DNA of 64,000 nt from Planctomycetota bacterium (GTDB taxonomy: Bacteria > Planctomycetota > UBA1135 > UBA2386). The stretch lies in the NCBI GenBank assembly GCA_965228735.1, contig OZ245838.1:640001-704000 (forward strand), read 5' to 3'. The notes beneath the pieces are model-generated. The model did no database searches. It was not told where the DNA came from and saw only the letters and a program-made list of their open reading frames with translations. Every line of letters starts with the position of its first letter. Positions within the stretch are counted from its first letter, which is position 1. Positions 50,799 to 58,325 of the stretch are shown piece after piece. The position numbers and the translations under genes were made by a program.

Positions 50799-52432
50799 CG
50801 TTCGCCCACCCCGAACGGCTGTGGCTGCTGCTCGCGTTGCCGCTGCTGCTCTGGCTGTTGATCCCGCCGCGGCCGCGCCGCGTGGTCTACACCGCGCATC
50901 TGCCGCAGTGGCATGCTGCACTCGCAGGTCTGAAGCGCAAGCGGCCGCGCGCGGTGTCGTGGCGCACGCTGCTGACGTTGCTCGCGGCGACCGCGGCGCT
51001 GCTCGCGATCCTCGGGCTGGCGGTGCGCGGCCGGGCCGGGCCCTCGCGGCTCGTGGTGCTGTTCGACGGCAGCGCGAGCATGGCGGCGCACGGCGCGTTC
51101 GAGGCCGCGGCCGCGCGCTGCAAGAACGTGATGGCCGCGCTGCCCGAGACCGTCGACGTGCGCGTACTGCGGTGCGGTGGTCCGGTGTTGCGCCGGCACG
51201 GTGAGTCGGCGCGCCAGCTGCACGACATCGGCGCGCCCGCCGGCACGCAGACGGTCGATCTCGCGACGCTCGCGGCCGGCCTCGCCGCGCCCGACACCGT
51301 GGTCTGGACGTTGAGTGACGGGCATGGCGACGCGCCGCTCCCGACCGCAGGCGCGCTCACCCTGGTCGGCGCCCGCGGCGTGAACGTCGCCGTGCTCGAC
51401 GTTCGGATCGAGGACCACTGGCCGCTGCCGGAACTCGTGATCGAAGCGGATGTCGTGGGGTTCGGCCCGGAGTCGTTGCCCGTCATCGTGACCCTGGACG
51501 GCGCGGTCGAGGGCGTGCTCCCGGCGCAGGACCTCGAACTGCGGTCCGGCGAGCCGGTCACCGTGTCGTGGTCCGCGCGCCGCTCGGCCGCGGGCGGCGA
51601 GGTGAGCGTCACGATCGAAACGGGCGCCGAGCCCGACCCGCTGCCGGACGACGACCGCTGGTCGGCGCTCTTGCCGCCGTTGCCCGCGCCGCGCATCGCG
51701 GTGCTCGCGGACGCCGAGGCCGGACCGTTCGCGCGCGTCGCGGCGACCGCGCTCGCGGCCGAGGTGGAAGGTTCGGTCGTGCCGGCGTCGGCTGGCGCGA
51801 CGGTGTCGATGCTGCTCGTCGATGGGGGCGAGCTCGGGCTCGTGCCGGGCACCGCGCGTGCCTTGTGTTTCGGCACGCGCCTCACCGGGCTGCCGGCGAC
51901 GGGCGGTGAGGCCCGGCCGGTCGCGGTCGCGGCGATCGACTGGGACCGTTCGACGCCGCTGTTGACGGGGCTCGACCTGTCCGAGCTGCGGCTCGAACGG
52001 GCGCTGCCCGAACTGCTGCCGGCGGGCCCGGGCGTCACGCCGTTCCTCTGGACCGCGACCGGGCCGCTCTCGAACGGGGCCGCGGGGGCCGCCGAGCGCA
52101 CGCCGCTCGCGGTCACGGTCGACGGGGTCGGGCCGGACGGCGAGCCGAGCGCGTCGCTGCACTTCGCGTTCCGGCTCGCGGACAGCAACCTGGCGCTGCT
52201 GCCGGCATTTCCGCAGCTCCTGCGGCGGGCGTTCGTCCTGAGCCACCGGGAACGGGCCGAGCCGCGCCGGCTGACCGCCCCGCCGGCCGTGGGGGAGCAG
52301 GACCTCTGGCGCCGCCAGACCGCCCCGGATCGCCCGTTGCCGGCGTTTGCGACCCCGGACCGCGGCCTCGGCTCGTGGCTGCTGCTGGCCGGGGCCGTGG
52401 CGCTGCTGCTGCGTGCGTTCGTGCGGCGATAA
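50786..52432 (+). CDS. BatA N-terminal plus VWA-domain membrane protein
   Basis: LTFAHPERLWLLLALP, VVLFDGSASM (MIDAS), LSDG, C-terminal TM; GGAGG RBS. Confidence 0.8.
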   Translation: MPDLTFAHPERLWLLLALPLLLWLLIPPRPRRVVYTAHLPQWHAALAGLKRKRPRAVSWRTLLTLLAATAALLAILGLAVRGRAGPSRLVVLFDGSASMAAHGAFEAAAARCKNVMAALPETVDVRVLRCGGPVLRRHGESARQLHDIGAPAGTQTVDLATLAAGLAAPDTVVWTLSDGHGDAPLPTAGALTLVGARGVNVAVLDVRIEDHWPLPELVIEADVVGFGPESLPVIVTLDGAVEGVLPAQDLELRSGEPVTVSWSARRSAAGGEVSVTIETGAEPDPLPDDDRWSALLPPLPAPRIAVLADAEAGPFARVAATALAAEVEGSVVPASAGATVSMLLVDGGELGLVPGTARALCFGTRLTGLPATGGEARPVAVAAIDWDRSTPLLTGLDLSELRLERALPELLPAGPGVTPFLWTATGPLSNGAAGAAERTPLAVTVDGVGPDGEPSASLHFAFRLADSNLALLPAFPQLLRRAFVLSHRERAEPRRLTAPPAVGEQDLWRRQTAPDRPLPAFATPDRGLGSWLLLAGAVALLLRAFVRR

Positions 52433-52447
52433 CTTCCGGCGCGACGC

Positions 52448-52475
52448 TTGCTTCGGCCCGGCGGTTCCCTACCCT
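52448..52475 (+). promoter_or_regulatory. candidate promoter for rplC, followed by a ~120-nt structured leader
   Basis: TTGCTT-N16-TACCCT; leader hairpins GGTCCGG/CCGGACC and GCCGTCGC/GCGGCGGC just before the GGAG RBS. Confidence 0.45.
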
Positions 52476-52599
52476 CTTCCGCCCCAATCGGCGCGAACGT
52501 ACGGCCGTGGCTCGCCTGTCGGAATCTGGTCCGGCGGGCCCCGCGCGTCCGGACCTCTTCGCACAGCGCCGTCGCCAAAGCGGCGGCCGGAGACGTCAG

Positions 52600-53355
52600 A
52601 TGACAGGCAAGAGAACGATCGGCATTCTGGGCAAGAAGCTCGGGATGACCCAGATCTTCGAGGAGGACGGCACATGCGTGCCCGTCACCGTCGTGGAAGC
52701 CGGCCCGTGCAAGGTCCTGCAGGTCAAGATGCAGCAGGCCGAGGAGCACCCGGAGGGTCACACCACGTCGGCCAAGAACGCCGGCAAGAAGGGCGGCAAG
52801 ACCGAGCGCACCCGCGGTGCCGACGGCTACTACGCCGTGCAGCTCGGCTACGATCCGAAGCCCGCGCGCCTCAGCAACAAGGCCGAGCTCGGTCACAGCA
52901 AGAAGGCCGGCCTCGACACCGGCATGCGGATGATCACCGAGTTCCGTCTCGATGAGAAGCCCGAGCAGAAGCCCGGCGATGACGTCACGGCCGCGCTCGT
53001 CAAGGACTGGAAGTTCTGCGACGTCACCGGCACGACCAAGGGTCGCGGCTGGGCCGGCACGATCAAGCGCCACAACTTCCAGCGTCAGCGCGCCTCGCAC
53101 GGTAACTCGATCAACCACCGCCGCCCTGGTGGTCTCGGCCGTCAGTACAGCACGAGCCACGGTGTGCCCAAGGGCAAGAAGATGGCCGGCCACTACGGCG
53201 TCGAGCGCGTCACGGTGCAGCGCCTCAAGATCGTCAAGGTCGACGAGGAGCGCAACCTCGTCTACCTCCGCGGCGCGGTGCCGGGCTACAACGGCCAGTA
53301 CGTGACGCTGCACGACACGGTGAAGAACGAACGCTTCCCGGACGCCAAGAAGTAA
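52600..53355 (+). CDS. rplC: 50S ribosomal protein L3 (uL3), divergent
   Basis: GILGKKLGMTQIF, DGYYAVQLG, DVTGTTKGRG, SHGNS..HRRPG, KGKKMAGHYG, LRGAVPG. Confidence 0.96.
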   Translation: MTGKRTIGILGKKLGMTQIFEEDGTCVPVTVVEAGPCKVLQVKMQQAEEHPEGHTTSAKNAGKKGGKTERTRGADGYYAVQLGYDPKPARLSNKAELGHSKKAGLDTGMRMITEFRLDEKPEQKPGDDVTAALVKDWKFCDVTGTTKGRGWAGTIKRHNFQRQRASHGNSINHRRPGGLGRQYSTSHGVPKGKKMAGHYGVERVTVQRLKIVKVDEERNLVYLRGAVPGYNGQYVTLHDTVKNERFPDAKK

Positions 53356-53385
53356 CCCCGTAGCCGCACAGCAAGGAGAACAGAC

Positions 53386-53592
53386 ATGGCACGTTCACGA
53401 CGCAAGGCCCGCGGTTGCAAGCGCGGCGCATTCAAGCAGAAGCGCATGGGCAAGGGCTGGTCGACGGTCCGCGAGCTGCCCATCGGCACCCGCCCGGTGC
53501 TGAAGATCACGCCGACCGAGGACGACTCGGCCGAGGAGAAGAAAGAGAAGGCCGAAGCCCGGAAGGAAGCGGCCGAAGCTCTGGAGGAGTGA
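53386..53592 (+). CDS. small protein (68 aa), basic N-terminus and charged C-terminus
   Basis: AAGGAG RBS; highly biased codons; stop overlaps next start (GTGA). Confidence 0.75.
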   Translation: MARSRRKARGCKRGAFKQKRMGKGWSTVRELPIGTRPVLKITPTEDDSAEEKKEKAEARKEAAEALEE

Positions 53593-54881
53593 GTCCCACG
53601 GGGAGTAGGGCCGCGACCCGGTCCGAGCTCCAGCACCGCAGCGCCGGCGCGGACGGGACGACGTATGACGTCGTCGTCGTCGGTGCCGGCGCTGCTGGTT
53701 TGATGGCGAGCAAGAGCGCCGCCGAACGCGGCCGGCGCACGCTGCTGCTCGAGAAGAACGCGCGGCCCGGGCTCAAGATCCTGATCAGCGGCGGCGGGCG
53801 CTGCAACCTCACGACGACGAAGGCCGGGCGCGACCTGGAGCAGCAGTACGGCACGCGCCGCGGCCGGTTCCTCCGGCACGCGCTGCGGCAGTTCCAGCCG
53901 CCGGCGCTGTGCGCGATGTTCGAAGCCGCCGGCGTGAAGCTGCGCGAGGAGGACCTCGACAAGATCTTCCCCGTGTCGCAGCGCGCCAGCGCGGTCCTCG
54001 ACGCGCTGGTCGCGATGACGCGCGCGGCCGGCGCGGAGCTGCGGCTGTCGACGCCGGTGCGTGACGTTGCGGTGCGGCCCGAGGGCGGGTTCGAGATCGC
54101 GATCGAAGGTGCCGTGATCCGCGCGAGCGCAGTCGTGCTCGCGACGGGCGGGTTGAGCTACCCGAAGACCGGCGCGACCGGCGACGGCTACCCGTGGCTG
54201 CGCGCGGTCGGACACACGGTGACGGCCACGTTCCCGGCGCTCGCGCCGCTCGTCGTCCCGGTCGAGTGGGTGCGCGCGCTGCAGGGCATCGTGCTCGACG
54301 GCGTCGACCTCAGTTCGATCGTGGACGGGCGCGCGGTCACGACGCGGCGGCGGCCCGTCCTGTTCACGCACCACGGCCTGTCCGGGCCGGCCCCGATGGA
54401 CCTCGCGGGCGACATCGAGGAGGCCGGCGGGGGAGCCGTGCGCTTCGACCTCATGCCGGGCTCCGGTTCGACGGACGAGCTCGAACGCGACTGGCTCGCA
54501 CAGTGTCGCGCGCACGGCGGCCGGCGGGTCGAATCGCTGCTCGGGACGGCGCTGCCCGAACGCGTTCGCGGCAGCCTCGTCGCCCTCGCCGGGATCGCCC
54601 CGGACTGCACGCTCGCCAACCTCGGCAAGACCGAGCGCCGCCGGCTGCTCGGCTCGCTCCGCGACCTGCGGGTCGAGGTGCCGAAGAGCCGCGGCTACGC
54701 CCACGCCGAGGTGACGCGCGGCGGCCTCGCGCTCGACGAGGTCGATCCGCGGACCTGCGAGAGCCGGCGCGTGCCCGGGATGTTCGTCTGCGGGGAGCTG
54801 CTCGACGTCGACGGCCCGATCGGCGGGTTCAACTTCCAGGCGGCGTTCGCGACGGGGCGGCTGGCGGGACTGCACGCCTGA
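53589..54881 (+). CDS. HI0933/YhiN/BaiN-family FAD-dependent oxidoreductase
   Basis: GAGAAG, KILISGGGRCNLT, LATGGLSYPKTGATGDG, LFTHHGLSGPA, GELLDVDGPIGGFNFQAAF. Confidence 0.92.
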   Translation: MSPTGSRAATRSELQHRSAGADGTTYDVVVVGAGAAGLMASKSAAERGRRTLLLEKNARPGLKILISGGGRCNLTTTKAGRDLEQQYGTRRGRFLRHALRQFQPPALCAMFEAAGVKLREEDLDKIFPVSQRASAVLDALVAMTRAAGAELRLSTPVRDVAVRPEGGFEIAIEGAVIRASAVVLATGGLSYPKTGATGDGYPWLRAVGHTVTATFPALAPLVVPVEWVRALQGIVLDGVDLSSIVDGRAVTTRRRPVLFTHHGLSGPAPMDLAGDIEEAGGGAVRFDLMPGSGSTDELERDWLAQCRAHGGRRVESLLGTALPERVRGSLVALAGIAPDCTLANLGKTERRRLLGSLRDLRVEVPKSRGYAHAEVTRGGLALDEVDPRTCESRRVPGMFVCGELLDVDGPIGGFNFQAAFATGRLAGLHA

Positions 54882-54896
54882 CGTCATCATCGGGGC

Positions 54897-56087
54897 ATGA
54901 CGAGCCCCGCTGCCTCTGCACTCGGTTGGCTGTCGCGCGCGGCGGCCATCGTCCTGTCCACGTTCGGGATCCTGCCGGGTCAGCAGACCAGCGAGGCGGC
55001 GGCCGGCGCGCCCGAGCGGCGGGTGCAGGTCGTCGACCTCGGGGGCACGCCCTACGAGCGCGGCCTGCAGCACGGCCGCGCGTTGAAGCGCCAGATCGCC
55101 GAACTGCTGCCGCTCTGGGAGCGCGACGTCGCGCAGCAGAGCGGCGCGACCGCGACGGAGTTCCTCGAGTGGTTCCTCGCGGAGACGAGCTACGACGAGG
55201 CGATCCGGAAGCACTGTCCCGAATTGCTCGACGAGGTGCGCGGGCTCGCGGTCGGCGCGGGCCAGGACTTCGACACGATGTTCGCCTATCAGCTCATCGA
55301 CGAGTTCTGGGTGCAGGCGCGGCTGTGGCGGCGCCACAAGTGCACGACGGTCGGCGTCGCGAAGACGGGGGAGCAGCCGACGATCGTCGCGCAGAATCTC
55401 GACGTGCCGAAGTGGATGCACACCTACCCGACGGTGCTGCGGATCCGTCACAGCGATTCGGACCTCAGCAGTCTCGTCGTCACGGTCCCGGGACTCATCG
55501 GCGCGATGGGGCTCAACAGCGGGCAGGTCGGCGTCGGCGTGAACACGATCCTGCAGCTGTCGCCGTGTCGCGACGGCTTGCCGGTCGCGTTCGTCGTGCG
55601 CGGGGTGCTGCAGCAGAAGAACGTCGCGGCGGCGCGCGCGTTCGCGAAGCGGGTCCGGCACGCGAGCGGTCAGGCCTACACGATCGGCGGGCCCGAGGAC
55701 GTGACGTGCTACGAGAGCTCGGCCAATGCCGTCGTGCCGTTCGTGCCGCCGACCGGGCCCGACCGCGTCTGGCACACCAACCACCCCGAGGCCAGCACGG
55801 ACTATGCGCCGGCGTTCGTCGCGTGGATCGAGGACGAGTACGGCATCGAGGCCGAGGCGGTCGACTACGGCTGCACGCGGCTGCCCGCGATGGCGAACGG
55901 GCTGCGGCCCGAGGTCGCGGCGGACGGTGAGACGATCGTCGGACTGCTCAAAGACCGCACGCACGGCGTCTGCAACCACGCGACCTACACGTGCGTCGTG
56001 CTGCGGCTCGGGGACGACCCGTCGCTGCGGTTGTCGGCCGGCGCGGCGGACGTCGCGAAGTTCACGACGGTGCGGCTGCCGAAGTGA
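54897..56087 (+). CDS. C45-family peptidase/acyltransferase
   Basis: GTPYERGLQHG, HKCTT, AQNLD, MGLNS, WHTNH. Confidence 0.85.
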   Translation: MTSPAASALGWLSRAAAIVLSTFGILPGQQTSEAAAGAPERRVQVVDLGGTPYERGLQHGRALKRQIAELLPLWERDVAQQSGATATEFLEWFLAETSYDEAIRKHCPELLDEVRGLAVGAGQDFDTMFAYQLIDEFWVQARLWRRHKCTTVGVAKTGEQPTIVAQNLDVPKWMHTYPTVLRIRHSDSDLSSLVVTVPGLIGAMGLNSGQVGVGVNTILQLSPCRDGLPVAFVVRGVLQQKNVAAARAFAKRVRHASGQAYTIGGPEDVTCYESSANAVVPFVPPTGPDRVWHTNHPEASTDYAPAFVAWIEDEYGIEAEAVDYGCTRLPAMANGLRPEVAADGETIVGLLKDRTHGVCNHATYTCVVLRLGDDPSLRLSAGAADVAKFTTVRLPK

Positions 56088-56094
56088 ATGCTCG

Positions 56095-57387
56095 TCACGT
56101 TGCGGCGGTGAGCCGGTCGCGCAGCGCGGCGTAGTCGGGGGGCAGTTCCTCGGCGGCGGCTGGCAGGGCGAGCAGGCGCTCGAGATTCGACGGCGGTTGC
56201 ACCGTGGCGCCGACGATCGGTTCGACGACGCTCTCGAACTTGGCCGGGTGCGCCGTGGCGACGATGCACCAGCGGCGGCTGTCGTTGCCGAGCACGGTGT
56301 CCCGGATCTCCGCGGCGGTCGCGGTGTGCGGGCAGAGCGCGATGCCGTGCTGCTGCCAGAACGCGGCGATGCGGGTGCGGATCGTCGCGTCCGGCACCGC
56401 GTGCGCGGTCACCTGGCGGCGGCGTTCTCGGTCATCGGGCCAGAGCCAGCGCAGCCGTTCGAAGTTGCTCGGATCCCCGACGTCCATCGCGTTCGCGAGC
56501 GTCGCGACGCTCTCGCGCGGTTCGTACGGCGCGCCGGCGAGGTGCTCGGGCAGCACGCGGTTGCAGTTGGTCGCGAGGACGACGTCGCCGATCGGCAGCC
56601 CGATCGCGCGCGCCCACAGGCACGCGAGCGCGTTTCCGAGGTTGCCGGTCGGAACGACGTAGTCGAGGCTCGAGCCGGTCGCGCGAAAGTGATGCAGCGC
56701 GCTGTGCGCGTAGTAGGCCATCTGCGGCAGCAGACGTCCGAGGCTGATGCTGTTCGCCGACGTGATCGCCCTCTTCCGCCGCAGACCGGCATCCGCGAAC
56801 GCCTGCTTCACGAGGCGCTGGCAGTCGTCGAACGCGCCGGCGACGCGGAACGTCCGCACGTTGCCGCCGTAGCAGCTCAGCAGGTGCGCCTGACGCGGCG
56901 ACACGCGGCCGTCCGGGTAGAGAATGACGACGTCGAACCCCGGCTGCTCGAAGAACGCGTCCGCCACCGCGCCGCCGGTGTCGCCCGACGTCGCGACGAG
57001 GATCGTGCGATCGACGCCGTCCCGCGCACGCATGCGACGGAAGCAGGCCGCGAGGAAGCGGGCGCCGACGTCCTTGAACGCGGCCGTCGGGCCGTGGAAC
57101 AGCTCGAGGATCGCAGTGTTCTCCGTGACCTGGACGAGCGGCGTCGGGAATGACAGCGCCTCGTCGCACATCGCGGCCAGTTCGGACTCGAGCGTCGAGC
57201 CGGCGAAGAACGGCGCGAGCAGCGTCGCCGCGACCTCGGGCAAGGTGTCGCGGCCGTCGAACGCGGCCGGGTCGAGCCGCGGCAGCTCGGTCGGGACGAA
57301 CAGTCCGCCGTCGCCCGCGAGGCCGGCGGCGATCGCGGCGTCGATCGGGGTCGCGGCGACGTTGCCGCGGGTGCTGACGACGTTCAT
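56095..57387 (-). CDS. thrC: threonine synthase
   Basis: VSTRG, ELFHGPTAAFKDVG, ATSGDTG, SANSIS, TAHPAKF. Confidence 0.95.
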   Translation of the reverse strand: MNVVSTRGNVAATPIDAAIAAGLAGDGGLFVPTELPRLDPAAFDGRDTLPEVAATLLAPFFAGSTLESELAAMCDEALSFPTPLVQVTENTAILELFHGPTAAFKDVGARFLAACFRRMRARDGVDRTILVATSGDTGGAVADAFFEQPGFDVVILYPDGRVSPRQAHLLSCYGGNVRTFRVAGAFDDCQRLVKQAFADAGLRRKRAITSANSISLGRLLPQMAYYAHSALHHFRATGSSLDYVVPTGNLGNALACLWARAIGLPIGDVVLATNCNRVLPEHLAGAPYEPRESVATLANAMDVGDPSNFERLRWLWPDDRERRRQVTAHAVPDATIRTRIAAFWQQHGIALCPHTATAAEIRDTVLGNDSRRWCIVATAHPAKFESVVEPIVGATVQPPSNLERLLALPAAAEELPPDYAALRDRLTAAT

Positions 57388-58325
57388 CGCCGATCCTCCA
57401 CGTGGGCGCCCGGGCCGGCGACGGGGGCGCACCAACCCTGACACGCGGTCCCGGTGCTCTCGTACGCAGCCTGCATCGCGGTGTTGCCGGCCCGCGCCGC
57501 GGCCTCGCCGTCGAACCACGCGAACACGCTCGGGCCGCCGCCGGAGATGCTCGCGCCGAGCGCCGAGCAGTCGCGGGCCGCGGCCTGCACGTCGGCGAGG
57601 CCCGGTACGAGCGGTGCACGCCGCGGTTCGACGAGGACGTCGCGCAGGCCCTCTCGGATGAGTTCGAGGTCGCTCTCGAACAGGCCGGTGAGCACGAGCG
57701 CGAGCGCTCGCTGTTGCTCGGTGATGACCGCGAGCGGGAACGGTTCTGCGAGGGCGGCGCGGGCCTGCCGGGTCTCAACCTCGCGGTCGGGGTGCACCAC
57801 CGCAGCCCAGAGGCGGCTCGGCGCCGGTAGCGGCCGAACGCGATCGGGCAGCGCGAGCACGAGGCCGCCGAGCAGCGCCGGTCCGACGTTGTCACCGTGC
57901 GGCGCGCCGCTGGCCGCGGCTTCGCCCGCGAGCGCGAACGGATAGAGCGCGTCGATGGCGAGCGGGGAGTCGAGCAGCTCGTTCACAGCCAAGAGCGCGG
58001 CGACGGCGGAGGCGGCGGAACCGCCGAGGCCCGAACTCAAGGGGATGCCTTTGTCGATCCGCAGCTCCACGCCGAACGCCGCGTTCTGGCTCGCGAGCAG
58101 CCGCTGCACGGCGCGGCCCGCGGTGTTGCGGTCCGGATCCGTCGGCAGGTTCGTCGCGACGCCGGTGATGTCCGGGATCGTGACGCTGCCGGCGGCACCG
58201 TCCGTTCGCCTGGCGTGCACGCGATCGCCGAGCGGCGCGAACGCGTGCCCGAGCAGGTCGAACCCGACGGCGACGTTGGCGACCGACGCGGGCGCGAACG
58301 CCGTGACCTCACGCCAGCGCGTCAC
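57384..58325 (-). CDS. thrB: homoserine kinase
   Basis: APASVANVAVGFD, IPLSSGLGGSAAS, HGDN, ISGGGPS; overlaps both neighbours. Confidence 0.93.
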   Translation of the reverse strand: MTRWREVTAFAPASVANVAVGFDLLGHAFAPLGDRVHARRTDGAAGSVTIPDITGVATNLPTDPDRNTAGRAVQRLLASQNAAFGVELRIDKGIPLSSGLGGSAASAVAALLAVNELLDSPLAIDALYPFALAGEAAASGAPHGDNVGPALLGGLVLALPDRVRPLPAPSRLWAAVVHPDREVETRQARAALAEPFPLAVITEQQRALALVLTGLFESDLELIREGLRDVLVEPRRAPLVPGLADVQAAARDCSALGASISGGGPSVFAWFDGEAAARAGNTAMQAAYESTGTACQGWCAPVAGPGAHVEDRR

